Assembly (NCBI GenBank): GCA_934643455.1
Contig: CAKUBV010000001.1
Coordinates: 258,692 to 322,691, forward strand
Length of the DNA: 64,000 nucleotides
Source of the DNA: Candidatus Proelusimicrobium excrementi
Lineage (GTDB): Bacteria > Elusimicrobiota > Elusimicrobia > Elusimicrobiales > Elusimicrobiaceae
Direction of reading: 5' to 3'
Part shown: piece by piece, positions 9,730 to 18,613 of the stretch
How positions within the stretch are numbered: the stretch's first letter is position 1
Layout of the letters: each line of letters starts with the position of its first letter
Translations under genes and position numbers: made by a program
The notes under the pieces: model-generated
Told to the model about the DNA's origin: nothing
Seen by the model: the letters and a program-made list of their open reading frames with translations, nothing else
The model's database searches: none

Positions 9730-10641
9730 TTAAAACTTGGGCATGTGCGCCGCCGCGCGGCGGTGGTCGTCAAATTCCAAATGTGCGTAGCGCGCGGTTG
9801 TGGCTATGCTGCTGTGGCCCATCATTTCGCTTACGGCTTTAAGTTCAGCGTCGTGCTGCAGTAATTGGCTGGCAAATGTGTGCCGCCATATATGCGGGAA
9901 GGACTTAAGCCCGGGAAAATTGCTTTTAATAAAGCTCCTGTAACGTCCGTATATATATGCGTAAGACACCCGTTTTTTGCGCCGACGGCCGAAGTTTATT
10001 ATATATTTGCTTTCCTCCGGCGCGCGTTTTATGCTGGCGATAACGGCGGCTTCGCTTTCCGGCTGTAAAGGAACAGTCCTTTCCGAAGCGGCCGTTTTCG
10101 GCTGCCAATATTTTTTGGGACGGATAGTTACAGCGTGCAGATCGGGGCGGTAGTCCGCTTTTTCCAAATAGGTTATTTCGCCCTTGCGCAGGCCCGCCTG
10201 CGTCCCCAAAAGAAAGCAGGTGTATAAATCACCTTTCTTTTTTATACGGGCTTTTATCTCCGAAAGTATCGGCAGGGAATGGTATTCCTTGCGGAACTTT
10301 TTGGAAGGCTCGCCTTTAATGCTTGTATAATCACGTTTTTTTAGAAACTTCTTTTCTTCCGCATAACGCATCATTTTTAAAATCAAGTTTATATAATGGT
10401 TGCGGCTTACGGCGTTTGGTTTGTTGTTGTTCTTTCTTGCTTTATTTTGCAAGTGCGCCCTAAACCCCAGCAGGAAAGAGGGGGTTATTTCCCGCAGGTA
10501 ATAAGGCCTTTTGTATTTTTCCATTTGCATAAGAGCATTATTGTAGTTGCGCAAAGTTTCTTTCCTGCGGTGTTTTTTTAAATGCTTCTGGAAGTAAGCT
10601 TTGTAGTCTTCGTATAAAATAACGTCTTTTTTTCGCGTCAT
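9730..10641 (-). CDS. int: Tyrosine site-specific integrase/recombinase
   Basis: 303 aa; catalytic signature R (GLRKGE), HxxR (HIWRHTF), H..Y (GHSSIATTARYAHL). Confidence 0.85.
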   Translation of the reverse strand: MTRKKDVILYEDYKAYFQKHLKKHRRKETLRNYNNALMQMEKYKRPYYLREITPSFLLGFRAHLQNKARKNNNKPNAVSRNHYINLILKMMRYAEEKKFLKKRDYTSIKGEPSKKFRKEYHSLPILSEIKARIKKKGDLYTCFLLGTQAGLRKGEITYLEKADYRPDLHAVTIRPKKYWQPKTAASERTVPLQPESEAAVIASIKRAPEESKYIINFGRRRKKRVSYAYIYGRYRSFIKSNFPGLKSFPHIWRHTFASQLLQHDAELKAVSEMMGHSSIATTARYAHLEFDDHRRAAAHMPKF

Positions 10642-10805
10642 AATTCCTCCTTATGCCCACAAGTAAAAGCGGGCCTAAGCGAAAATAAAGACGCTTCCCG
10701 CGCAAAAATGCGCGCGGTATCTTTATTAAACGCAAACGGGCCCACTTTTATCAAGTGAGCCCGTTTCTCGTTGCTTTTATTTTATATTATTTTAATTAAA
10801 TTTAA

Positions 10806-11414
10806 TTATATTTTATAGCGTAAAGCCAAAGCCCCGCCGTAGTTATAGGCGTCTTTCATGCGGGAATGGTCCGAAAGAATTGAATTATATGTAAAAGATA
10901 AGTCCAAGGTAAGACGCTCGCAAAGTTTATAATCCGCGCCCAAATAGAAAGCGTAAGCGAAATTGTTTTGGCTTATGTTTAATAAAGCCAAGTCCGTTAC
11001 TTTATATTTACTCCAGCCCCAGCCCGCACCCGCGCCCAAATAGGGGGAAACTATCCAATCGCTGAACGGGTGGTAATAAGCGTTTATTAAAACGGTGTGC
11101 TGTTTTAAAGATTCTCTTAGATTTATGGGCAGTCCATATATATCTCTTACGTCAAGCCCCTTGCGGAGGGAATTGTCAAACTTGTAATTGTATGCTATTT
11201 CCGCGCGGAGCTTATCCGTAAACCAATGCCCGGCCGCCAAGCCGAAAACGGCGTTATCCGCGTCATACATTTTTGAAGATGATATCCACTCATTAGCTTT
11301 ATATTTTTGATAACCGTATTCATAACCGCCCTTTATTGACAAGTAAGGATTAAGCGCGCAAAAAGCTGGTATTGCGAACAACAAAGCAACAACCGTTATT
11401 ACTATTTTCTTCAT
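10806..11414 (-). CDS. Outer-membrane beta-barrel protein, Lom/Ail/OmpX-like
   Basis: Signal peptide MKKIVITVVALLFAIPAFC; alternating aromatic/hydrophobic beta-strand pattern; about 200 aa, similar in size to lambda Lom; next to integrase. Confidence 0.55.
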   Translation of the reverse strand: MKKIVITVVALLFAIPAFCALNPYLSIKGGYEYGYQKYKANEWISSSKMYDADNAVFGLAAGHWFTDKLRAEIAYNYKFDNSLRKGLDVRDIYGLPINLRESLKQHTVLINAYYHPFSDWIVSPYLGAGAGWGWSKYKVTDLALLNISQNNFAYAFYLGADYKLCERLTLDLSFTYNSILSDHSRMKDAYNYGGALALRYKI

Positions 11415-11443
11415 TTCATTTTCTCCTTAATAATATAATTAAA

Positions 11444-12010
11444 TTAGAATATTCCCAATTCGTTTTGCAATTTATTGCGTAACTGTTCAATTTGTATACC
11501 TAAAATAAACTTTTGCTTTTCTATGTTTATTTTTTCTTCACTTCTGCATAACGTAGAAAAATCTAAAGTTTCAATAGTATCTTTTACGTTAAGCAGAAGA
11601 TTATAAATATCTTTGTTAATATAAATTCCGTACTCAGTCATTAGGTCAAATAATTTATGATAATCAGAATTATATTTTGCTCGCTTTTCTTTATCTTCAA
11701 AGTAAACCAAAAATTTAAAGTGGTCTTCTATATGCACCAGTAAGAAGAATATTTTTTCATACCCCTCAATGCGTTTATTGTTCACAATTAAAGATTTTTC
11801 TTTTTCTATTTCAAAAGGTATTGAGAAAAACGGCAAAGAGAGCGCCCCTCCAGAAAGAGTTAATATTCCTGTGCCCAATTCGTTTAAACCTTTACAAAAA
11901 GAAAAAATAGCCGCACTTATCAATATTAATAAAACAGATATCCACCAAATCATATATGTAACAAGATTTTGTCTTAGTAAGATGTTTAACCTATTAATTA
12001 GTTTTTTCAT
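11444..12010 (-). CDS. Membrane protein (2 TM + cytoplasmic domain), unknown function
   Basis: Two N-terminal hydrophobic helices; very AT-rich codons; 17-nt overlap with upstream HTH gene. Confidence 0.5.
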   Translation of the reverse strand: MKKLINRLNILLRQNLVTYMIWWISVLLILISAAIFSFCKGLNELGTGILTLSGGALSLPFFSIPFEIEKEKSLIVNNKRIEGYEKIFFLLVHIEDHFKFLVYFEDKEKRAKYNSDYHKLFDLMTEYGIYINKDIYNLLLNVKDTIETLDFSTLCRSEEKINIEKQKFILGIQIEQLRNKLQNELGIF

Positions 12011-12329
12011 TTTTTAACTTTGTTATTTCGTCTTTTAGTTTCTCTATTTCATTGCGCAAGAACATAACTTCCACTTCAAGATTTTTTTCTACAGAGTTAC
12101 CAGGCATAAAAAAACTTAAATCTTTGCCGGTTATTTCCGCTATTCTTTTTAATGTTCTCACCGTAGGTCGATGTTTTCCATTAACAAATCTACTGAATGT
12201 TGCAGGTGTTATTCCCATTTTAGCAGCAAGTTCAGCATGTGTTAATCCCGCATCCCTTGCGGCTTCTTTAATCCTTTCTTTTTCTATCATAGTTAGCCCC
12301 GCATCTATTCTGCTTGACAAAATTAGCAT
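11994..12329 (-). CDS. XRE-family HTH transcriptional regulator with C-terminal coiled coil
   Basis: HTH motif THAELAAKMGITPATFSRFVNGKHRPTVRTLKRIA; heptad leucine C-terminus; real start may be the internal Met at 12290. Confidence 0.6.
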   Translation of the reverse strand: MLILSSRIDAGLTMIEKERIKEAARDAGLTHAELAAKMGITPATFSRFVNGKHRPTVRTLKRIAEITGKDLSFFMPGNSVEKNLEVEVMFLRNEIEKLKDEITKLKNEKTN

Positions 12330-12342
12330 TATTTGCTAATTT
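12324..12342. promoter_or_regulatory. Perfect 7-5-7 palindrome ATTAGCA-aataa-TGCTAAT overlapping HTH gene start; candidate operator
   Basis: Read directly in sequence. Confidence 0.35.
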
Positions 12343-12417
12343 TTTACTAATAAGTAGAATTTGCAGAAGCAAAAAAAATTCTAGGCGGGCGCAAAAAAGC
12401 CCCGCTGAAACATAACA

Positions 12418-12460
12418 CCTAGATATGTACCGTCTCTGCAAAAGTTGATACATATCTAGG
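12418..12460. repeat. 12-bp perfect inverted repeat CCTAGATATGTA ... TACATATCTAGG with 19-nt spacer
   Basis: Read directly; lies in AT-rich non-coding DNA between acquired module and host RDD gene. Confidence 0.45.
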
Positions 12461-12640
12461 GAAATTTTAAGAAATATTTAGTAAAAAGTAAACTCTAAAT
12501 TTAAAGAGTTTTTCAGGTTCATTTGATAATCTTTTTTGGCTAGTTGATTTGACTGTTTCTCAAAACGGGCAAAAATGAGCTCTTTTCTCGTTGCAAAATT
12601 CTTATAAAAAATATATATAATAATAAACGGAAAGATTTAT

Positions 12641-13504
12641 TTGCAGGGGGATATCGTTATGTTTCACCAGACCCAATATTACGCCCAGCCGGAACAGGAA
12701 AATCAGCCTCAGGCACAGGAGTTTCCCAGAGCGGGCATATTTGAAAGGGCCGTTGCGTTCGCCATAGATATTTTAGGGCTTTTTGCGGTTATTTATATTG
12801 CGGGTTATATTCTGATAAGAAAAACGGGGATTATAGCTTCAGACAATTATTGGATAATTTTAATTTTCTTTTATGCTCTTTTTGCTCTTTACTGCGCTGT
12901 ATTTACAAGCGGCGGCAGGCAGACTTTGGGCAAATTCCTGGTGGGCATAAAAGTTATAGACCGCAAAACCGGCGAGGGTTTGACTTTCGTCAAAGCTTTG
13001 CTGAGGGGGCTTACTTACTTTGTTAATCTGTTTACGCTGTTTATAGGCTTCGGCATAGCTTTGCTCAATAAGAAACGCCTTACGCTGGAAGATTTAGTCG
13101 CCGGCAGCGAAGTTATTACGGTAAGGGAAAAATCCCCCAACGAATTTATCGCGCTTTCCGCTTTGGGCACCATGCTTATCGGCGGAGTTATATTTTACGT
13201 TTACTATTTATTTTTTATTACGCCCAGCGTTTATCAGCGCGAACTGGTGGATAACGCCCGCGAGCAATTAAACAAATTGGCCTATTTGGAAGAAGTGCAT
13301 AAAGAACATTTCGGCCGTTATACTTCCGATTTGATGCGCCTTGCCCTTATCAGCGGCGATCCCGTCCAGCTGCAAAGGGATATCCAAAAGAATTTAAGAA
13401 GGCGCGGCTTCAGCATAGGCACAAACCGCGAAGGATACCAAATCAGCGCGATTGCCAAAGACAAGGAAGAAACAATCGTAACGGTTAACAATAAAAAAGA
13501 TTAA
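12641..13504 (+). CDS. RDD-family membrane protein
   Basis: RDD-like N-terminal region with 3 TM segments. Confidence 0.55.
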   Translation: MQGDIVMFHQTQYYAQPEQENQPQAQEFPRAGIFERAVAFAIDILGLFAVIYIAGYILIRKTGIIASDNYWIILIFFYALFALYCAVFTSGGRQTLGKFLVGIKVIDRKTGEGLTFVKALLRGLTYFVNLFTLFIGFGIALLNKKRLTLEDLVAGSEVITVREKSPNEFIALSALGTMLIGGVIFYVYYLFFITPSVYQRELVDNAREQLNKLAYLEEVHKEHFGRYTSDLMRLALISGDPVQLQRDIQKNLRRRGFSIGTNREGYQISAIAKDKEETIVTVNNKKD

Positions 13505-13581
13505 CCTGATAAAATTTAAAATATAAAACCCCGTCGTAAATTTCGGCGGGGTTTTGTTTTTCGGATTTACGGTATGCCGGG

Positions 13582-14058
13582 CTAAAGATTTTTGGTGCGC
13601 TCCCATTCGTCGGCTTCTTCGGCCCAGTTGGCTTTTACGTCCGCCGGCATTTTGTAAAGCAGAGCGGTGCCCTTTGCGCTTACTTCGCCCGAAGGCAGCA
13701 GAATTTCGGCTTCCACCATCGCTTTGGAAGTACCGCCTCTTAAAATCCTTCCTACAAGTTTTAAAGGCGTATTGGTGGGGGTAACTTTTTTATAGACAAC
13801 TTCCAACTTTAAAGTTACCATAAGATTGTCAAAATCGCCGTTAAGCATTATCGCGCGGCCGGAGGTTTCATCAAGCAAAGCGGCCACTATTCCGCCGTGC
13901 ACCACGCCGGGATAGGAACGGTAATTTTCGGAAACCGCAACTTCGGCTTCCACCGTGTTGTTTTCGTTATTGTTAAACCAAACTATTTTAAGACCCAAAG
14001 GATTATCCTTCCCGCATAAAAAACAACCGCAGGAGGTGGGCTGACGTTTTTTATTCAT
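13582..14058 (-). CDS. PaaI/4HBT-family hotdog thioesterase
   Basis: CGCFLCGKDNPLGL and GGIVAALLDE motifs; AAGGAG RBS 7 nt before the Met at 14058. Confidence 0.65.
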   Translation of the reverse strand: MNKKRQPTSCGCFLCGKDNPLGLKIVWFNNNENNTVEAEVAVSENYRSYPGVVHGGIVAALLDETSGRAIMLNGDFDNLMVTLKLEVVYKKVTPTNTPLKLVGRILRGGTSKAMVEAEILLPSGEVSAKGTALLYKMPADVKANWAEEADEWERTKNL

Positions 14059-14106
14059 AATAAAGCTCCTTTTTTTTAGTATATTATATTTTGCTATCAT
14101 TTAATA

Positions 14107-14727
14107 ATGGAACACATTGAAACGGAATATAAATGGGCCGTAAACAAACGCTCAGATTTTAAAAAACTTAAAAATATTTTGGCCGCGCAGGGCTGGGACT
14201 GCGCTTTTTACGCCCCGGTTTTGCTTGACTCTTATTTCGACGCTCCGGGCGGAGCGCTGAGCGCGGAGAAATCAGCCCTTCGTCTGAGAAAAACCGTTTT
14301 AGACGGCAAAACTTTTTACGAACTTACGCTTAAAAGCGCGTCCGAGGTAATAAACGGCCTGGCCCGCAGAAAGGAAATTACCGTTGCGCTGAACGCGCAA
14401 AACCGCCGTGAAGCTTTAACAAAATTCCGCGCGGAAGCCGCAAAATTAAACAAAAAAGCGGTTTCTCTGGGGAGATTATTTTCAATAGCAAACAAGCGCA
14501 AAACTTTTTTAATAAACGCGCCGGAGTTTAAAGCGGAACTTTCTTTTGACGACTGTCTTATCAAATCCGGAACGCATAAAAAACTGCTGGAAGCCGAACT
14601 TGAATTTAAGGGGGGGCAAATATCGGCTTTTAACGCTTTTGCCGCATATTTGGGGCGGGAAAGCGGGCTTAAAGCCCCGATAAAATCAAAAGTGGCTACG
14701 GCGCGGGCTCTCTTGGAGAATCGGTAA
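14107..14727 (+). CDS. CYTH-domain protein (triphosphate tunnel metalloenzyme family)
   Basis: N-terminal EHIETEYKW (ExExK-type CYTH start). Confidence 0.5.
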   Translation: MEHIETEYKWAVNKRSDFKKLKNILAAQGWDCAFYAPVLLDSYFDAPGGALSAEKSALRLRKTVLDGKTFYELTLKSASEVINGLARRKEITVALNAQNRREALTKFRAEAAKLNKKAVSLGRLFSIANKRKTFLINAPEFKAELSFDDCLIKSGTHKKLLEAELEFKGGQISAFNAFAAYLGRESGLKAPIKSKVATARALLENR

Positions 14728-14803
14728 ACCGCCCCGTGCATTTGCCGCCTTTAAAATAGTATAATAATATTGAGGAAAATATTAATTTATAAGGAGAAGT
14801 AAT

Positions 14804-14977
14804 ATGGCTTACAAAGTAAATCCTGACGTTTGCGTAAACTGCGGCGCTTGCGAATCCGCCTGCCCCGTCGGAGCTATTTCCGAGCAGAACGATAAAAGAT
14901 TTATCGACGCCGGCAAATGCATTGACTGCGGTTCCTGCGCCGGTACCTGCCCGGTAAGCGCAATCGCGCAGAACTAA
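14804..14977 (+). CDS. 2x[4Fe-4S] ferredoxin (57 aa; not in ORF track)
   Basis: Two CxxCxxCxxxCP motifs: CVNCGACESACP and CIDCGSCAGTCP; strong AAGGAGAAG RBS. Confidence 0.75.
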   Translation: MAYKVNPDVCVNCGACESACPVGAISEQNDKRFIDAGKCIDCGSCAGTCPVSAIAQN

Positions 14978-14995
14978 TTAAGTTTTAATAAAAAA

Positions 14996-15022
14996 GCCCC
15001 GGTTTTTAAGCCGGGGTTTTTT
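14996..15022 (+). terminator. Rho-independent terminator after ferredoxin
   Basis: GCCCCGG-loop-CCGGGG followed by TTTTTT. Confidence 0.6.
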
Positions 15023-15240
15023 GATATCCGCTAAAATCCGCCGGCCAAGGCCGGGGTTTTAGTAAAAAACAGTTTTATCAGTCCGCCGCTGCGGCCGCCG
15101 CCGGCATATAATCAAAGCCGGGCGCGTCTTCAAGCTCCTCCCTGTTTTGCAGAGCAAAGAAACCAACCAAAGCAAAAGCCGAAATTAAAACTGCTATAAC
15201 TATTATTATGTGAAGCTTTTTCATAATCCGTCCTTTTTAT

Positions 15241-16683
15241 TTAAAGGCGGGGCGCTTTTACCGCCCATTCAAAAAAAGCCCGCCATTTGGCGTAAAGCTC
15301 TTTACTTTCAATAGGCGTAACAGCGGGTTTAAAATCCTTGTATTCCTCTTTCAGCCAATCCGATACGTCAAAGCCTTCATGCTTTGCCGCCAGCAGGGCC
15401 GAGCCTATTAGCGTGGTATTAAGCCTTTTGCTTTGCCTGATCGGCATTCCCAGCACATCGCTTTGGGTCTGAGGCAAAATATCGTTAAGGCTTAAGCCGC
15501 CGCCGGATTGTATTTCTTCTATGTTAAAACCCGCTTTAGCCACATAAAAAACTATATCCGCCATCAAGAAACAAAGGCTCCTTAAAGCGCCGAATATGAT
15601 ATCCTCCCGCTTGGTTTCTATTTTAAAACCGGCCATTGCCGGCGCGGCCGAAAAATCCCAGTACGGAGCGCCTAGGCCGCCCAAAGCGGGCAGCAGATAA
15701 ACGGGATTTTTCGCTTTTAAAGCGTATTCGTCCAGCTTGGAAAGTTCCGCATCAACGCCTATTTCTTTAAGCCAGGTAAACAGAGAACCGGCGGCGTTTA
15801 TCTGGCCTTCTAAAAGGAACTGCGGCTTATCTTTTTCCGAAGCGGCGGAAATTGAAGTTAAAATCCCTTTAACGCCTTTGGGCTCCTCCCCTATATTCAA
15901 AAGGAAAAATGCGCCCGTACCGTAATTTATACAGGCTTTTGCGCGTTTGTCAAGCCCGCAGGCCAATGCGGCGGCTTGCTGATCGCCGGTAAAAGCCGCT
16001 ATTTTTATGCCTTTATATTCGCCGAAGTTACCGGCGGAAGGAACAGGCGTAGGCAAAATTGAGGCCGGTATTCCGAAAGATTTTAAAATTTCCCCGTCCC
16101 AATCAAGAGTGTTTATATTAAAAAGCAAAGTGCGCTGGGCGCAGGCGTAATCGCAGGCGAAGGTCTTGCCGCCCGTCATATGCCAAATTATATAACTGCC
16201 GACGGGCCCGGCCAAGAGCGTCCCGTTGTTAAGAGCCTGCTTTACCTCAGGATAGTTTTGCAGGCACCAAGCTATTTTTGGCGCAGAAAAAAACGGCGTC
16301 TTATAAAGCCCCGTTTTGGAGTGTACAACTTCTTGGGAAAGCGGATTTCGCGCGCTTATTTCAGCGGCTCTGCCGTCGGCCCAGCTTAAAGCGGGGCAAA
16401 GCGGTTTGCCGGTATTTTTATCCCATAAGACTATCGTCGAACGCTGGCAGGAAAGGGCAATGGCGGCTATTTTGTCGCCGGCTCTTAAGGAGGAAAGCAC
16501 CCGCTCCAAAGCTTCTATTTGGGTGTTAAGCAAATCTTCCGCGCTGTACTCGTAAATATTGCCTTCCGCCCTGAAAGGAACAGGCTTTTGCGTTTCTTTC
16601 AAAATAACGCCGCCCGCGGTTATCGCCGCCGCTTTAGAAGAAGAACTGCCTTGGTCCAAGGCTATTATAATGCTATTTTCCAT
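15241..16683 (-). CDS. FGGY-family carbohydrate kinase (glycerol kinase-like)
   Basis: N-terminal ALDQGSSSSKAAAI ATPase motif; about 480 aa. Confidence 0.7.
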   Translation of the reverse strand: MENSIIIALDQGSSSSKAAAITAGGVILKETQKPVPFRAEGNIYEYSAEDLLNTQIEALERVLSSLRAGDKIAAIALSCQRSTIVLWDKNTGKPLCPALSWADGRAAEISARNPLSQEVVHSKTGLYKTPFFSAPKIAWCLQNYPEVKQALNNGTLLAGPVGSYIIWHMTGGKTFACDYACAQRTLLFNINTLDWDGEILKSFGIPASILPTPVPSAGNFGEYKGIKIAAFTGDQQAAALACGLDKRAKACINYGTGAFFLLNIGEEPKGVKGILTSISAASEKDKPQFLLEGQINAAGSLFTWLKEIGVDAELSKLDEYALKAKNPVYLLPALGGLGAPYWDFSAAPAMAGFKIETKREDIIFGALRSLCFLMADIVFYVAKAGFNIEEIQSGGGLSLNDILPQTQSDVLGMPIRQSKRLNTTLIGSALLAAKHEGFDVSDWLKEEYKDFKPAVTPIESKELYAKWRAFFEWAVKAPRL

Positions 16684-18613
16684 TTTTAAACCATTTGTTA
16701 GAAGATATTAAAGTCAAAGCGGCTTTATCCAAAGAGAGTAAAGTTTCCTCCGCTTTGGCTTTATCAAATTTATCGTTTTTGGCTTCCGCGGAAAGTATTT
16801 TGCCGCGGTTATGCCTTATCGCGCCGTCTTTGGTTATAAGCCCGATATTAATCCCTTCCGAAACGAAAGCCGCGCGTTTTTCCGGGTGTGAGGCGTCAAA
16901 CAAGTCGCGGCCGAAAGCCGTATAAGGGTAATTTAAACCGGCCAAAGCGTAGAGCGTGGGCGCAATATCCAACTGCGAAGCCACATAATCTATCCTAGCG
17001 GGTTTTAGGAGTTTCGGCGCGTAAAAGACCAGGGGAATATTGAATTTTTCATAAAGGGAATCGCGCTTTTCTTTAAGGCTGTGATCCGAAACGAAAACAA
17101 ACACAGTATCGTCAAACCAGCCGTCTTCCTTAGCTTTATTTAAAAATTCGCCCAAAGCCCAGTCAGCATAGTAAAGAGTGTTTCTGTATTCGTCGTTCCA
17201 AGAGCCGCTTGTAAACTTGTAAAACCGCTCCTGCGTTTTGGCGAAAGGCTCATGAGTCGTCCCGGTAAACACTGCGGCAAGGAAATTATTTTTACCGCGT
17301 TTTTTTATTTTGTCGGCCGCAAGCATATAAGCCTCGTAATCATATCCGTAGAAAGGCTCTTCAAGATAGTCAAGCAGCATAGGCATATCTTCCCAGCCGA
17401 ATGTTTCCTCGGCACCCAAATAGGAAGCCAAAGAACACATCCTGAAAGAATGCCTTAAAGAAGTCTGCGCGTAAAAAGTATAATAACCGGCTTTTTTAAA
17501 AGCCTCGAAAAGGGGAGAAAATTCCGTAAGTTCCAAGCCGTAGCCGAAAACCGGCAAATCCGGGATAAGCGGCACCGAAGCGAAGGCCCCCGCAAACCCC
17601 AAAATGCTTCTTGCCCCTACGGAGTAGGCGTTTGTAAACAAAACGCCGTTTTTGATAATATCGTCAAAGACGGGCGTCGCCCCGGTTTTTCCGCCGCTCA
17701 TTGCGTCTATATAGGCGGGAATCCAGCCTTCAAAAAGGACTATTACAAAGTTTATTTTTTGGGGATTTGGCGCGGATGCCGGCCTGCGCATCAGCGGATA
17801 GGCCGGGTCAAAGCTTTCTTCGCCGGATTTAAAAAGAAGCGCTTTGACGTTTTCCACGGCTTTTTCCGCCGGAAAATTGTTTTTATCCAAAGAAGCCGAA
17901 CCTTTCCTTAGTATATGGAAAGCTATAAAAGGAGCATTACCCACCAAAGAAGCCTGCGCCGGGGTTTTGGCGTAATCGTAAATATCGGCTATGCCTATGG
18001 CTTTTCCGTCTATTTTACCGCGTATAAAAAGCACGGCGAAACCAGCGATAAGCAGAAGTTTTACGATATCCTTCCAAAGCGGACGCTTAAAAGAAGAATG
18101 CCTTTTATAATACTTTAAAACCAAAACAACAATCAAAGCGGAAACGGACGCGGCAATCAAAAGAAAAACAAAGTTCCACACCTGCAGGACGTAATTAATC
18201 AAAAAGCCCCAGTCGTTGTTTAAATGCAGGAGTTCGTCCGAAATATGGCGGTTGACCTCCGGGAAGTAGAGCAAATCCGCGTAAGAGTAAACGGCAAAAG
18301 CAAAAAACAGAAAGCCAGTCAAAGCCAGCCAAAAAGCGTTATAATATTTGTTCTTCACCGGGATATTGAAGAAGAACAAAGGCGCGGCTAAAAATACGGC
18401 GGTAATTGATAAATCAAAACGCAGGCCGGAAAAGAAAGAAGATATTTTTACCCATAAATCTATATCCTCAAAACGGGAGGGATAACATAACAGCAAAGCC
18501 AAGCGGGCCGCCGCAAAAAGCAGGATAAACAAGCCTATTACGGCCAAAGTCAGCCGTAATTTATAATCAGGCTGAAAAAAGTTTTTAATTTTAGTCGCTG
18601 TTTTTGGCGTCAT
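16673..18613 (-). CDS. LtaS/EptA-like sulfatase-fold membrane transferase
   Basis: Five N-terminal TM helices plus extracytoplasmic alkaline-phosphatase-superfamily domain. Confidence 0.6.
   Translation of the reverse strand: MTPKTATKIKNFFQPDYKLRLTLAVIGLFILLFAAARLALLLCYPSRFEDIDLWVKISSFFSGLRFDLSITAVFLAAPLFFFNIPVKNKYYNAFWLALTGFLFFAFAVYSYADLLYFPEVNRHISDELLHLNNDWGFLINYVLQVWNFVFLLIAASVSALIVVLVLKYYKRHSSFKRPLWKDIVKLLLIAGFAVLFIRGKIDGKAIGIADIYDYAKTPAQASLVGNAPFIAFHILRKGSASLDKNNFPAEKAVENVKALLFKSGEESFDPAYPLMRRPASAPNPQKINFVIVLFEGWIPAYIDAMSGGKTGATPVFDDIIKNGVLFTNAYSVGARSILGFAGAFASVPLIPDLPVFGYGLELTEFSPLFEAFKKAGYYTFYAQTSLRHSFRMCSLASYLGAEETFGWEDMPMLLDYLEEPFYGYDYEAYMLAADKIKKRGKNNFLAAVFTGTTHEPFAKTQERFYKFTSGSWNDEYRNTLYYADWALGEFLNKAKEDGWFDDTVFVFVSDHSLKEKRDSLYEKFNIPLVFYAPKLLKPARIDYVASQLDIAPTLYALAGLNYPYTAFGRDLFDASHPEKRAAFVSEGINIGLITKDGAIRHNRGKILSAEAKNDKFDKAKAEETLLSLDKAALTLISSNKWFKNGK

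Noticed and set aside
10737-10769. 14-bp imperfect hairpin AAACGGGCCCACTT-ttatc-AAGTGAGCCCGTTT considered as an attachment site
   Set aside because: It is most simply a transcription terminator for the convergent outer-membrane protein gene. No second copy was seen elsewhere in the window.
15061-15233. Possible 48-aa membrane peptide (MKKLHIIIVIAVLISAFALVGFF ...) on the minus strand downstream of the ferredoxin terminator
   Set aside because: It is plausible (hydrophobic helix, start near glpK-like gene) but too short and without clear RBS evidence, so it was left out of the feature list.
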